A stretch of DNA of 64,000 nucleotides, taken from assembly GCA_964016885.1 (NCBI GenBank), contig OZ024745.1:80476001-80540000 (forward strand), read 5' to 3'. The position numbers and the translations under genes were made by a program. The stretch is from Eledone cirrhosa. Taxonomy: Eukaryota. The first letter of the stretch is position 1. Each line of letters starts with the position of its first letter. The notes under the pieces were generated by a model. That model saw nothing but the letters and a program-made list of their open reading frames with translations, was not told the origin of the DNA and made no database searches. This document shows, in pieces, positions 51,624 through 63,219 of this stretch.

Positions 51624-53499
51624 GTAAGTGGTAGTTTCTCTTGGTATTCTTTTCTTTCTCTTCTCTCAGCTGCTATTGCAATCATCTTCATGTGAAGCAT
51701 GAGTTATTCACATTATTTTTCAGAAATAAGACATGTTTTTGCATGCTTCAGAGCAATATTAGGGAAATTTACTTTTTGTTTCTATTTTTATTTTCATTTT
51801 CCTATCATTTTTTTCTCCTTATAAACGCATTTAAGATATTTTTGTTTTGTTTTGTTTTGTTTGTTTTTCCCTCCTCTGCCTTTGATGCAACTGCTTTATG
51901 TGAAGCTTGTTTATGGCCATCTTTTGAAATCAAAATGTTCTGGATCTACAGCTGTACCAGTTGATATATATATGTGTATATGATTATTGAAAATATGATG
52001 TTAGTGTTTTAAAGAAGTTAATTCTTGTTCTTTTTATGTGAAATCTTTTTCGTAATAGTCATAAAACAGCAACAAACAAAATAAAAATAACAAAACAAAA
52101 ACGGGAACAAATGATATTTAAGCATGAATAAAGGTGTATGAAATATTTAGCTGGTTGTGGTGAATGGTTATTGTGCCTAGACAATATTTATTATGCAAGG
52201 TCTTAGAAATTGAAAAGTTCTCATGACCATCTGTTTACATTGAACATTTTGAAGCAAAATATAAAAAAAGATCCTTTGATTTCTTTTAAATTGTTGAAGA
52301 CAGAATTAACAACCAAAATGGTTGAATAAAACTTCAACTAAACATAATTAATAAACAAAAAGTATACATTATCTTTTTCCATGTTCATGCTCTCTTCTCA
52401 TTTAGACGCTTGGCCTTCACTTTCCTTCAAATAACACTCTCAGGCATCCACTACACTCTGTAAAGTGGTAGGTGATAAGTGAGGTATCTAGTTGTAAAAC
52501 GCTTGAACAAAAGGTTGGGAGGACCTCTCAGTTGTGCCAAGGACATGGCAATCTCCCTAGTGTTGATGATCTACATAATAAATGCACTCAGTACATACTG
52601 TAAAGTGGTTGATGATAGGAAGGACACCTAGCTGTAGAAAGCTTTCCAAACAAAGAGTTGGGAAGAGCTTTCACTTGTGTCAAAGCCATGACATCCTCCC
52701 TAGTGCTGGTGCCATAATGAAATGCACTTGGTAGAGTGTGGGACTGTACGTAAGCAAGCTGCAGATGTCCAGTCTATCTCAAAGTTCAGTAGCATTGCAC
52801 GAATACAGACTTGGACTGTGAAGGCCATCTAACCCTTGCTAGCAGGGAAAGCAGACATTAAATGATAATGATGATGATGGTACATTGGTCTTGAAAGAAC
52901 TGAGATCACATAGTGGAGAAGAGTCTTTTGACATGTTTAGGAAGACAAGCTCTCTAGTGTTGGCACCATGATAATATACATTTGGTACATTCCAAAGAGG
53001 TTGATGATTGAACTGAGAAAACATCAGGTAGTGAGTGCTCTTTAGTTTTGTGGAAGATATAACAACCTCGCTAGTGCTGGTCCTACAATAAAATGCACCC
53101 AGTACACTTTGTAAAGTGATTGGTGTTAGTTAGGGCAAACAGCCATAGACACCATGCCTAAAATGGAACATATGACATACACCATCCTCTGATCCATCTA
53201 GGAACACAGTAACTCTGAATAAGAACCAACTCAGACCATAACAATCTATCCAACCCATGTCAACAGGAAAAGTGGATGTAAAATAATGATGATATTAGCA
53301 CTAACATGTACATGGTATAGTTATTTTGAACTGATTTCACCAACACTATTCTTTGGACATGATATTTTAATCTCTTTCCTGATATCTTATCAAACTGTCA
53401 AATTGGTATGTTCAATTTTACGCATCCCCCAAGAAAGCACCTCTTTTCATCTTTGTGATGTGACATTTTCTACTAATTTGAACTGGATTATTATATAAC

Positions 53500-54105
53500 A
53501 TTGATTGCCATATCCGCTGTCCAGAAAGTCGGTTCACTTTGTTGTCTGAAAATTTTCCATGCCTGAAAATATCTTATATCTATATAAATCTACCATTCAT
53601 CCTTGTATTGAGTACTGTTGCCACATCTGATCTGGTCTCTTCCTCCTCTGTGCACCTTGAAAGTATAGATAAGATCATAAGAAGAATCATCAACATTATT
53701 GGTCCTGACTTATATCAGCTTCATTCACTATCACACTGTTGAAATATTGCTTCTCTATGCCTTTTTAATAAATGAATATTTTCATGGGAATTGTTGCTTC
53801 ATTTTCACGAGTTTAAACTGAGCACCAGATTTGCAGCTAGGTCTCATCTGTTTACAGTTGAAGTTCCTAAATGTAATTGTAAATTCTGTTCTGATAGTTT
53901 CTTCTCTTGTACATCTTGCCTATGGAGTTCTCTTCTGGCTTCTTGTTTTCCTGACCACTACAATTTACAAACATTCAAAAGCAACATCAATCATCATCTC
54001 TCTCCTTGGATTATGTTCTCTCAGTCTTGCCCTTTTTCATTTCCAGTAGCCCCATGCCTTTTTGTGGCTTTATCTGGAGTGAGTAAATAAAAAAAAAAAA
54101 GAAAA
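53500..54105 (+). mobile_element. Decayed CR1/Jockey-group LINE 3' fragment with poly(A)
   Basis: IYKSTIHPCIEYCCHI-like motif, ..FFS.TS.LW.SL..FKS.IN, A-rich tail. Confidence 0.7.
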
Positions 54106-54939
54106 GAATTCTAAATAAAGCAACTCAGTGGTATTTTCTATGTCTTCTTAAAGTTTATATTAATAATTGTTAAAAGTCTAGTATATTTGGCATTGTTTAG
54201 AAGTAAGCTTGTGTGGAGGAAAACAGCAACATATTTTCCAGTTGGAGTTATTTCTTGTTTTGCTGATGTCCTTAGGATAGGCATCATCATATGTTCATTA
54301 TCATCATCATTAATTAATGTTCATTTTCCCTGCTATCTATAGTTGTAAATCCAAGCTATATATCCCTGAATATTATAATTTCTTTTTGTCTTTTTTTTTG
54401 TACATTATATATATGAAAGCTAGCAGTACAATAAGGTTGATAGTCAGAGAAGGTTTCCCTTTAGACAAGATATTAAAGACATAAAGTAGGAGAAGAAAAA
54501 ATAAAGCACAAGAAGTGATAGTAATAAAGTCCGGAAAACGAAGTTATGTCTTCTCTGTGATATCAAAGTTTAGTTTTCAACTGGGCTTTCCATTTTCTAT
54601 TTTTAATTTTACCTCCATTCATTGTATCAGGATATGTAATGTGATTCTAATTTACAATACTTGTTCTCAAAAATTGGATTTTGGTCAAGAGAATTATTAT
54701 ACATAAGTTGCCAAAGCCTGAAGAGCTGAAAAAAGTGCAGCATAATTACAGATAAATGGAATCATTTTGTGCTGGCACTGTTTGATAAGTTTATTTATGG
54801 TAGCTGAAAAGTTGGAGTTAATTCTTATGTTATTTTATTTCTTTATTTTATGTTGAATGTTTAGAAGTTAAGATATTGATTATAGAACAGTCATTTTTAC
54901 ATTCAATATTGGATTTAGATATAACCATTCTGACTTTAT

Positions 54940-55420
54940 TATATGTTGGTTTAGCTATGGTCATTCTACCTTTACTCTGAGTATGTTTGTTTAGCTATGG
55001 TCATTCTATCTTTATTGTATGTTGGTTTAGCTATGGTCATTCTATCTTTATTGTATGTTGGTTTAACTATGGTCATTCTATCTTTACTGTGAGTATATTG
55101 GTTTAGCTATGGTCATTCTACCTTTACTGTATGTTGGTTTAGCTATGGTCATTCTGCCTTTATTGTATGTTGGTTTAGCTATGATCATTCTATCTTTACT
55201 GTATGTTAGTTTAGCTATGGTCATTCTGCCTTTATTGTATGTTGGTTTAGCTATGGTCATTTATACCTTTACTGTATGTTAGTTTAGCTATGGTCATTCT
55301 GCCTTTATTGTATGTTGGTTTAGCTATGGTCATTTATACCTTTACTGTATGTTGGTTTAGCTATGGTGAGTCTGCCTTTATTGTATGTTGGTTTAGCTAT
55401 AGTGAGTCTGCCTTCACTGA
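54940..55420. repeat. ~34-bp minisatellite (TATGTTGGTTTAGCTATGGTCATTCTRYCTTTAYTG)
   Basis: More than 10 tandem copies. Confidence 0.92.
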
Positions 55421-55804
55421 GAATATGCTATCCTAAAAGTGATGATTTTAAAATATGCGCTTGTAGAAATTTTATTGAAAGATGTTATTGCTACTTATCA
55501 CAGGTTAAGTGATTAAGAACCGTACTATTTAACTCATTAGACAAATCATTAATTTATTTGCTTTAACTGTGTTGAAACTTATTCTAATTTTAACACAGGG
55601 GTATACATTTAAAGAATGATGCATAGTTGATTTTAATTAACTCCAGTATATATATATATGGAACTTATTTTAATAACTCTGAAATAGACTGGACAATGAA
55701 GAGAGAGAGCAGAGTCAACTGCATCAATCTCACCAGTCCAGGACGGCTTGCAAAGATAATAGGCACTGCTCTTCTTTCTCTCATTATTGCACTGAATCCT
55801 AGAT

Positions 55805-56094
55805 CAGGAGTCTCAAACTCAAAAGGGCCATTATATCCTGGGGAAGAGGCACAGCGGGCCACAAGTGAAATGTGTGTGAAGGTATAATTTCCACCAGTTA
55901 TAATGCTAATCTGCAATGCAGCTGATAGGCTGTTATTATTTTTTTTTCTCATAAAATGAATACACACACAATAATTAAGTAGGATATGTTAATTAGTACA
56001 AAATGTAAAGGGATAATTTTCCATTTCAAATTTTCTTTTGTTCTGCCTTGCGTCATAGAAAAGTAGTTTGTTGGCTGAATGTTTGAGACCCCTG
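55805..56094. mobile_element. hAT (Charlie-like) MITE
   Basis: TIRs CAGGAGTCTCAAAC / GTTTGAGACCCCTG; 8-bp TSD TCCTAGAT/CCCTAGGT. Confidence 0.75.
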
Positions 56095-56535
56095 CCCTAG
56101 GTGATTAATCACTGCATGTTAGAATGCACCATGTGGCCCCCAGTTAAGATGTATAGTAATTCTGGATTGCACCCAGTCATTCAACTGACTGTACATATGT
56201 GCCATAGTTCTGTTTGATAGGGGCTACACAACTGCAGTTGGTTAACAGTTGACTATGGTGGAACTAGAACTCAGAACATAAACATAACTACACACTGGCA
56301 CTCCACTGTTTTTACCATTCCTCTACTCTAACTGTACTGAAAATAAAACACCACATCCTTTCATATAGCTATCAATAATACTTGTTGTATTCTAGTTTAT
56401 ATATATAATTTCCAAACTAAGCAAGTTTAGGAAAAGGGATTCAAGATATTTATGGAAAAACCTTCTGCTGGTACATCAAAATACTGATAATAGCTGTATA
56501 ATGATAACAAGAACAACAATTATTATTATTTCCAG

Positions 56536-56676
56536 GTGTTCAAATCCTGCTGAGGTTAGCTTTGCCTTTCATCGTTACAGGGTTGATAAAATAAAGTACC
56601 AGTAATGCACTGGAGTCAATTTAATAGACTTTCTCCACCCCTAAAAATTGCTGGCCTTGTGCCTAAATCAAAAACC
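56536..56676 (+). mobile_element. 5'-truncated family A SINE with TSD, inserted inside a fold-back element (~56408-56828)
   Basis: TSD ATTATTTCCAGG on both sides; flanking arms TTCTGCTGGTACATCAAAA / TTTTGATGTACCAGCAGAA. Confidence 0.75.
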
Positions 56677-57635
56677 ATTATTTCCAGGGTATGTAGAATA
56701 ATAATAATAGTAATAAAGCTATTAGAAATATTTTTTCATGGTTTTGATGTACCAGCAGAATTAAGAGAACACTTTTTTATATGAATATTTTAAATCCATT
56801 TTTCTAAACTTCCTTAGTTTTGAAAATTTGTTAAGTGTTGTGACTGTTATATATATATAAAAAATAAAAAAATATATATATATATATTTAAACACTTCCA
56901 GTGTAGATAAATTAAAATACCAGTAAAGTACTGGGTTTGATATAATTAACTTCACTGCTCCACAAATTGCTGGCTTTGTCAAAATTATCATTATCATCAT
57001 TATATTGATTGTTTAGTCAAACTTCTTCACACTTTCATCAATTAATGTAAAGAAATATTTGTGCTCTATTGAGCTTGTTTTTTGTTTTTTTTTAAAGCCT
57101 CATATCTATATATGGCAGGGCAGAAAATTGGCAGCACTATCAGAGGAATTGGATTTAAAATGCCTTAGTATTGATCTGACCCACTGGGAAATGATGTCAA
57201 CTTTATCTTTCATCCTTTCGAGGTCAATAAATATGTGAGAAACATTGACATAAACGTCAGTGAAATTTGAACTCAGAATACAGAGATACCGAGCCAATAC
57301 TGCAATTTGCATCCTAATAATAAAATTTGATGGTATATTATTGGTATAATGAGTATATTTGTTCATAAAGATAAGATATATAAAGGACATCCAACCAAAG
57401 AAAGCCTGCCAAATAAAGAGTTGGGAGGACTTTTCAGGTGTGTCAAAGTCAACTTTCTGTGAGATCATATGTAAGCTAGATGCAGAGCCCCAGCCTGTCT
57501 AGGAGAGCGGTAACCACCGCTTCAGTTCTGTCATGGTTTTTCTGAGAATCCAGGAACACTATATATATATATATAGTATCTGTATGTCTCTTGCGTTGGA
57601 AAGGAGGTCATGAATGTATACAAACATTAAATAAT

Positions 57636-57680
57636 GCTCCGAAGACTCCAAGCCTCGGTTTGGATGAAACAATTGTAAGC
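57636..57680 (+). ncRNA. Hammerhead-like motif with variant core CCGAAGA
   Basis: GCT-CCGAAGA-C-TCCAAGC/GTTTGGA-T-GAAA-CAATTG-TA-AGC; stem I only 3 bp. Confidence 0.45.
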
Positions 57681-57716
57681 TAATAAATAAATATATATAT
57701 ATATATATATATATAT

Positions 57717-58048
57717 GGAGGCACATGGCTTAGTGGTTAAAGCATTGGCCTTGCAATCGAAAGGTTGTGAGTTCAATTCTCAGACCGGGTGATGTTGTTT
57801 CCTTGAGCAAGACACTTTATTTCACATTGCTCCAGTTTACTCAGCTATAGAAATGAGATGGAATCTTTGCAGTGGAATGATAGGGACCCCGGTCCCTATC
57901 ATTCCACTGCAAAGTGGTCGTGGAGGTGCCACGGCAAAAACCACCCAGCACTCACTGTAAATGAGGTTGGTGTAGAAATCAAGCCAGAATCGGTTCCCGT
58001 CCCACCCTTGCAAGCAGGGAAAAGTGGACGTAAAATGATGATGATGAT
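57717..58048 (+). mobile_element. Family B SINE, full length
   Basis: tRNA-like head TGGCTTAGTGG..GTTCAATTC, central CCTTGAGCAAGACACTT, RTE-type tail. Confidence 0.88.
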
Positions 58049-58524
58049 ATAGTGAAAGATTGAAGAATAACATGGTCGGCTGTACAAAAAGGGTTTTATT
58101 TCAAGTATTAACAATTGTTTCATTGATCAGGTGAGTCTAAAGGCTGCTAATCACTCGAAGTTGCGTCACTTGACCTTAAATACAGTGTTTACCTCTGATC
58201 AAATCATCGTATTCCGTACTTATTATATTTTTTTTTTTACTTCTTTTTTACATCTGTAACTTCTTTACCTCTTTATCATTATCTCTTATTATTGATGTTA
58301 TTGTTTTGATTCTCTGTTGTATCTCTATAAATACCAATGGCATATGTAAAACCTCTAGTATTCCGATGATTTGGTCAGAGGTAAACACTGTATTTAAGGT
58401 CGAGTGCTGCAACTTCGAGTGATTAGTGGCCTTTAGACTCACCTGATCAATGAAACAATTGTTAATACTTGAAATCAAACCCTTTTTGTACAGCCGACCA
58501 TGTTATTCTTCAATCTTTCACTAT
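58049..58524. mobile_element. Inverted-repeat element, 161-bp arms (58049-58209 / 58364-58524), with 3' extension to ~58680
   Basis: Arms are reverse complements; followed by (TA)n. Confidence 0.8.
58357..58469 (+). ncRNA. Hammerhead-like motif with variant core CCGAUGA and long stem II
   Basis: AGTATT-CCGATGA-T-TTGGTCAG...CTGATCAA-T-GAAA-CAATTG-TT-AATACT. Confidence 0.6.
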
Positions 58525-58754
58525 TATTACTCCAAGTATATATAACCTGCATAGGAATTCTCGCGAAGTCGCTACCTAACTATGGAAACCTCTTCTTGAG
58601 TCAAACAAAGCCGTATGTTAAAACTATCCACAATACAGAGTACTCACAACCTATAACTTATTACCGATAACTTATCCCATATATATATATATATATAATA
58701 TTATTTATACTTATATATACACTATATATAATTATAAACAGGAAAGGTCAGTAA

Positions 58755-58801
<47 letters not shown>

Positions 58802-58833
58802 TTGTAGTTTGCTTGAAGCATTGTGAATAAGAA

Positions 58834-59123
58834 ATACAAATTTAACTATGTTTAAATATTTGAAAGCCTGACAATGCATGCAAGATTAAAAGTGGCAAGG
58901 TAATAGGAGTTATAGAGAATAAAAGACTGAGAAAAAAGTGAGGACCCTAGAATTTTACCGTAGCAATTTTATTGATCTCAAAATATTTTTGGATTAAGGT
59001 AAAATTCTGCTGTCTTCACTCTTTTCTCAGTCTTTTATTCTCTATAACTCCTATTACCTTGCCACTTTTAATCATCCATGCATTGTCGGGCTTCCAAATA
59101 TTTAAACTTATTTAAATTTGTAT
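58834..59123. repeat. Long hairpin, ~125-bp arms
   Basis: GATTAAAAGTGGCAAGGTAATAGGAGTTATAGAGAATAAAAGACTGAGAAAA is perfectly mirrored. Confidence 0.88.
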
Positions 59124-59160
59124 ATATATATATATATAGCATGGAAAAACAGATATATGA

Positions 59161-59205
<45 letters not shown>

Positions 59206-59247
59206 TATGTCTTTGTATAAATATTTTCTTTTCTTTCCTGTGTTTAG

Positions 59248-59300
59248 GAATACATCAAGGCCTTTTGGACACTGTACTTATGCCAACAGAACGATGTGAG
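59248..59300 (+). CDS. CLEC16A: CLEC16A exon (GIHQGLLDTVLMPTERCE)
   Basis: Phase 1 to 0 fits neighbours; tttag/gtaatg. Confidence 0.88.
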
Positions 59301-59417
59301 GTAATGAATATGCAACATTAGTATTTTATTAATTATTCAGTTAATTTGTAATTTGTTAATTTCAATAATTTAATTCTTGTGTGAAATTTTCACAAACCAA
59401 TTTTCTTTTCTTATCAG

Positions 59418-59487
59418 ACTAAAGAATATTATAACATAGCATTAGTAGAAAAATTGATCAAGATCATTACTTTAGCCTGCCAACCAT
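59418..59487 (+). CDS. CLEC16A: CLEC16A exon (TKEYYNIALVEKLIKIITLACQP)
   Basis: Matches YN..L.E.LI.I...A.QP; atcag/gtgagt. Confidence 0.93.
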
Positions 59488-59849
59488 GTGAGTATTTACT
59501 TCAATTTTTATATTCTAGAATTAGTATTTGTATTTACCTTAGTTTCTGCATTTTCTGTTGATCTCATGTATTTTAGCATTGAGATATATTGACCATTTAT
59601 TAAACACATACAAAAACACCTGCCCTCCAGTACAAGCACTGCAACACAAAAAGTAAATGTAGTATTATTCATTTATTTATTTAATCAATTTAAACGTCCA
59701 TATAGAGCTAGTGAGCCATGACAGACAAGGGGAAGTATCTAATACTTCTTACAGTTGATAAACAAACAAAAAACAAGATAGACAGATAAGTGAATATAAA
59801 AATAAAATTAAAAGACATTTAAATAGAGAAGACCAAGCATAAAAGAAGA

Positions 59850-60470
59850 TAAAGAAACATGGAACGCAAGGGAAACTGTAAATCAACTAGGAGCTTCTGT
59901 TGTTGAATCTTTTCGTAACCTCTATGTACTCAAACATTTTGTTTGTAGTTGGTAGATATTTTACAATATATTGTCTCTAATCTTGGTAGTTTGTTAATGA
60001 TCAGCTTCAATATGTCCTCTCCCTCAGACTGGTAGTTTTTACATTGGAACAAATAGTGCCAAAGAGTCTCTGGGAAGTCACCACAAGAACATAGAGGTGA
60101 TTCTCTATGACCTGTTTGTGATAAAATGTAATTCAATGGTATATGTCCAGTTCAAATCCAGTATAGGCTTTAAAAAAATTTTTTTTATTAACATTGCTCA
60201 GTGTCTGATATGTTGTAAATGTTGGACAGATCTGCTTAAGAAAGTGGAGGATTGAAATTTGGGAGCTTATCTTTAGATTCTTCCCCCAAATTTTCCCACA
60301 CTTGACTAATTATATTTACTAAATGATTTCACTTGCGATGTACTCCCTCCTTTGTTAATTCATCTGCTTTCTTATTTCCTTTAATATCTCTATGGCCTGG
60401 TATCCAAATCAATATTATTTGTTTACTCTTAGTAGAGCACTCTCAATATCTCTAACCTGACCCCTTTTTT
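59850..60470 (-). mobile_element. RNase H-containing (I-group) LINE 3' fragment
   Basis: WIPGHRDIKGNKKADEL (RNase H C-terminus) and C-x-C-x8-H-x4-C knuckle (LCSCGDFPETLWHYLFQC). Confidence 0.75.
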
Positions 60471-60799
60471 CTTGTTTGATACAGTTCTAGGTTCGATAAA
60501 CTATTTGTAAATAGAAAACCTTTTCCCCATGGCATTTCATTAGTGACCTGAAGTTATTGTTTGGTTATTGAACAGAGATGATACAAGGTTTGAGAGGATA
60601 CTTTAATCTGGAGTATGTCCAAACTTCTCTAGTGCTGGTGCCATGTTAAAATGCACTCAGTACACTCTATGAAGTATTGTTTTTATTACTCCAAGCTAAG
60701 CAATAAAGCCACTAAAATGTAAGGAGTTACTGAGAAGACAGAAAATATAATTCAAGGAAAGGGATGATGACATTTGATGTTGCTTTTAAATTTATGACT

Positions 60800-61340
60800 G
60801 ACTGACATCTGACCATCTACGAGAGGCATTGGTGCAGCATTCAGAGATGTATTCACCTGCACTTTCGTGAGTGACTGAACAATCCAATACTCTACTCAAA
60901 TGGTAGTTTCTACTGTGTTTGCTGCTGTTGAAGCTCTCATTGTTCTCCTTCCTTCTCGCTCTTTTGTCAGCAAGGTCTTCATTCTTTGTCTTCTCTGCTG
61001 TTTGTATGCCCTTTCTGACAGCAAAGCACCAAGCTGCATGGTCACCTGCACATCACTCCCAGGTAGTGACATTGATGTTGTACAGTTTCATGTCTTTTTT
61101 GCTGACATCTTTGTAGTGCTGGTGTGGCTAACCTGAAATTTGTGAGCCCCCAGCCAGTTCGCTGTACAGTAAGTGTTTTGAAAATGTGACCTGAGGCTAT
61201 TCTGACGTGGCTGGGCCAATGAAGATGCCTCTCACTGAGAATGGTGAAAATGTTGCTCATCTTTGCACATTTCAAGACCTCTGTGTTTAGATGTGGAAAA
61301 TGTGTCTGAGGTACCTCAAGTGATTGTCATTGAGTTTCTT
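60800..61340 (-). mobile_element. Old RTE/BovB-like LINE 3' fragment
   Basis: NIFTILSERHLHWPSHVR-type motif. Confidence 0.6.
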
Positions 61341-61804
61341 CTCATGACTTACATATGTATACATATATATTTACTCACTCTAAGCAAGGTAATAAAGCCA
61401 CTAAATTGCAAGGGGGTTACTAAGAAGGGAAAAAGGACAAGGAGAGAGATGGCAACTATTTGCAAGTTATAATGACCAGAAAAGCAAGAAGAGAATTTCA
61501 TAGGCGAGATGTACTAGGGAAGAAACTGTTAGAATAAAATTAACAATTTGCGTTTAGGAACTCCAACTGTAGTTGCAAATCTGGTGCTCTGTTTATACTA
61601 TTAATACCCTGATTAACATATATTTTAAAAATATCTAATACTCAACAATTAAAGAATAAATGAATGTATTCTTGTTATATATGTATTTTAGAAAACTTTT
61701 TCTGTAAAATATGCACAACTTACTGTTTGTTTGTTTTTTTTTCATTTGATGTTAGATGATTTAAGAAAAACATTTTTTTTCCTTCTATTTTCGGATATTT
61801 TTAG

Positions 61805-61959
61805 CTGCCAAATTACGATTAGCTACATTAGAATTAAGCATAAAATTATTAAAACAATTGGTGTACAGAAATGGAAGATCATTTTTGCAAGACAGACATT
61901 TGGCATGTGTTGAAAATGCACGTGAATGCAGTAATCAATTGTTGCGTAACTTCTATAAG
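61805..61959 (+). CDS. CLEC16A: CLEC16A exon (AKLRLATLELSIKLLKQLVY...HLACVENARECSNQLLRNFYK)
   Basis: Conserved RLATLELS, HLAC.E.ARE, FYK; tttag/gtttgt. Confidence 0.96.
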
Positions 61960-62341
61960 GTTTGTAACATATTTTTGTTATGCTTATCTATTTGATGTAT
62001 TTTGTCATATGATAGTACATCATCATTTCATTTTACGTCTTTAATTTGGTGTTTGTGCCAACCCTCACCTATGATTGTATTCTTTTGATCATTACTCAAG
62101 ATTTATGATTGTGAATAAAAGCGGATGAAATGGGGTTCCTTCGAAGGGTCTTTAGAGCAATGTTACTTGATAGCGTGTAGCTCAGACTGAAAAAGGTTGT
62201 AATTAAATATAATTACTTATCACCTCAACATAATTCTCTGAGTTTTAATCTTGTTCATTTCTTTATTTTATTATTTATTATTCTCTAATACATTTCTTGA
62301 TATCAAATATCTTAGTTTTATTATTTTCTTTATTTTCACAG

Positions 62342-62392
62342 AGTGAAGAAATTTTTCTTGATATGTTTGAAGATGAATATAGAGAAATGATG
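62342..62392 (+). CDS. CLEC16A: CLEC16A exon (SEEIFLDMFEDEYREMM)
   Basis: Conserved IFLDMFEDEY; cacag/gtatta. Confidence 0.96.
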
Positions 62393-62474
62393 GTATTATA
62401 TTATTTCAATATTTTTTTATTGTCAATTTGTGTTTTTCTTTTCTTTCCATAAAAAAAAAAAAAAAAATCAAAAT

Positions 62475-62877
62475 CTTCATCATACATTGGCTTGACCTGC
62501 CTCACATAGCTGTTAGCACCAAGGCAGAGGTCATCAGGGACGAACTTAGGTGTCCTGGTGACGTCAGAGCGCTGCTTATGAGTCTTGAGTTCTGGCCTGA
62601 TATTGTCCTTGTCGCCTGAGGCCTGTTTGCAAGGTTGTAGACCATGGGTTTAGGGTATTTAAACCATTCAATGATTTCCTTGTGTTTGTGGCCGGCACGA
62701 AGGCTCTCCATAACAACAGCTCAATAATCGTATTCTGAAGATATGTCGATTACTAAACACCTCGTGCATCAATGGCCACACAGCTACTGAGGTGCAGTAC
62801 TTTCTAATGCTGCTACACTGTGACATCATGGCGCTGTTGCGATGTAAAAATTCCAGATTTATCTGTGCCACACTGTA
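62475..62877 (-). mobile_element. Tc1/mariner-superfamily remnant (left end and N-terminal HTH)
   Basis: TA-CAGTGTGGCACAGATAAATCTGG terminus; AVVMESLRAGHKHKEIIEWFKYPKPMVYNL HTH-like peptide. Confidence 0.55.
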
Positions 62878-63090
62878 TGTATGTATGTACACACACACTT
62901 AATATATATTATGCATTTTCTCTTCTGAAGAGCACCCAACGTTGCTACTCCAGTGATATGAGCCTGGATGGTGTGGGGGAACCTTAATTTTATTCAACTG
63001 AAAGTTTATAATTTTGTTTCATTTGTTAACTCAAACTTGTTTGTTTTTCTGTTGTTCCTTTAAAAACTGACCTGGGAAATTTTATTTCAG

Positions 63091-63219
63091 GAGCGGCCTT
63101 TGAATGTGGAGTACCTCACAATGGATGCCTCAATATTACTACCTCCCACAGGGACACCTCTTACTGGTATTGACTTCAACAAACGACTTCCCTGTGGTGA
63201 GGTAGAAAGAGCCCGACGG
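63091..63219 (+). CDS. CLEC16A: CLEC16A exon (ERPLNVEYLTMDASILLPPTGTPLTGIDFNKRLPCGEVERARR)
   Basis: Highly conserved MDASILLPPTGTPLTGIDF.KRLPCG; ttcag/gtaaaa. Confidence 0.98.

Noticed and set aside
57717-57790. tRNA gene
   Set aside because: tRNA-like head of a multicopy SINE; no acceptor stem or poly-T terminator
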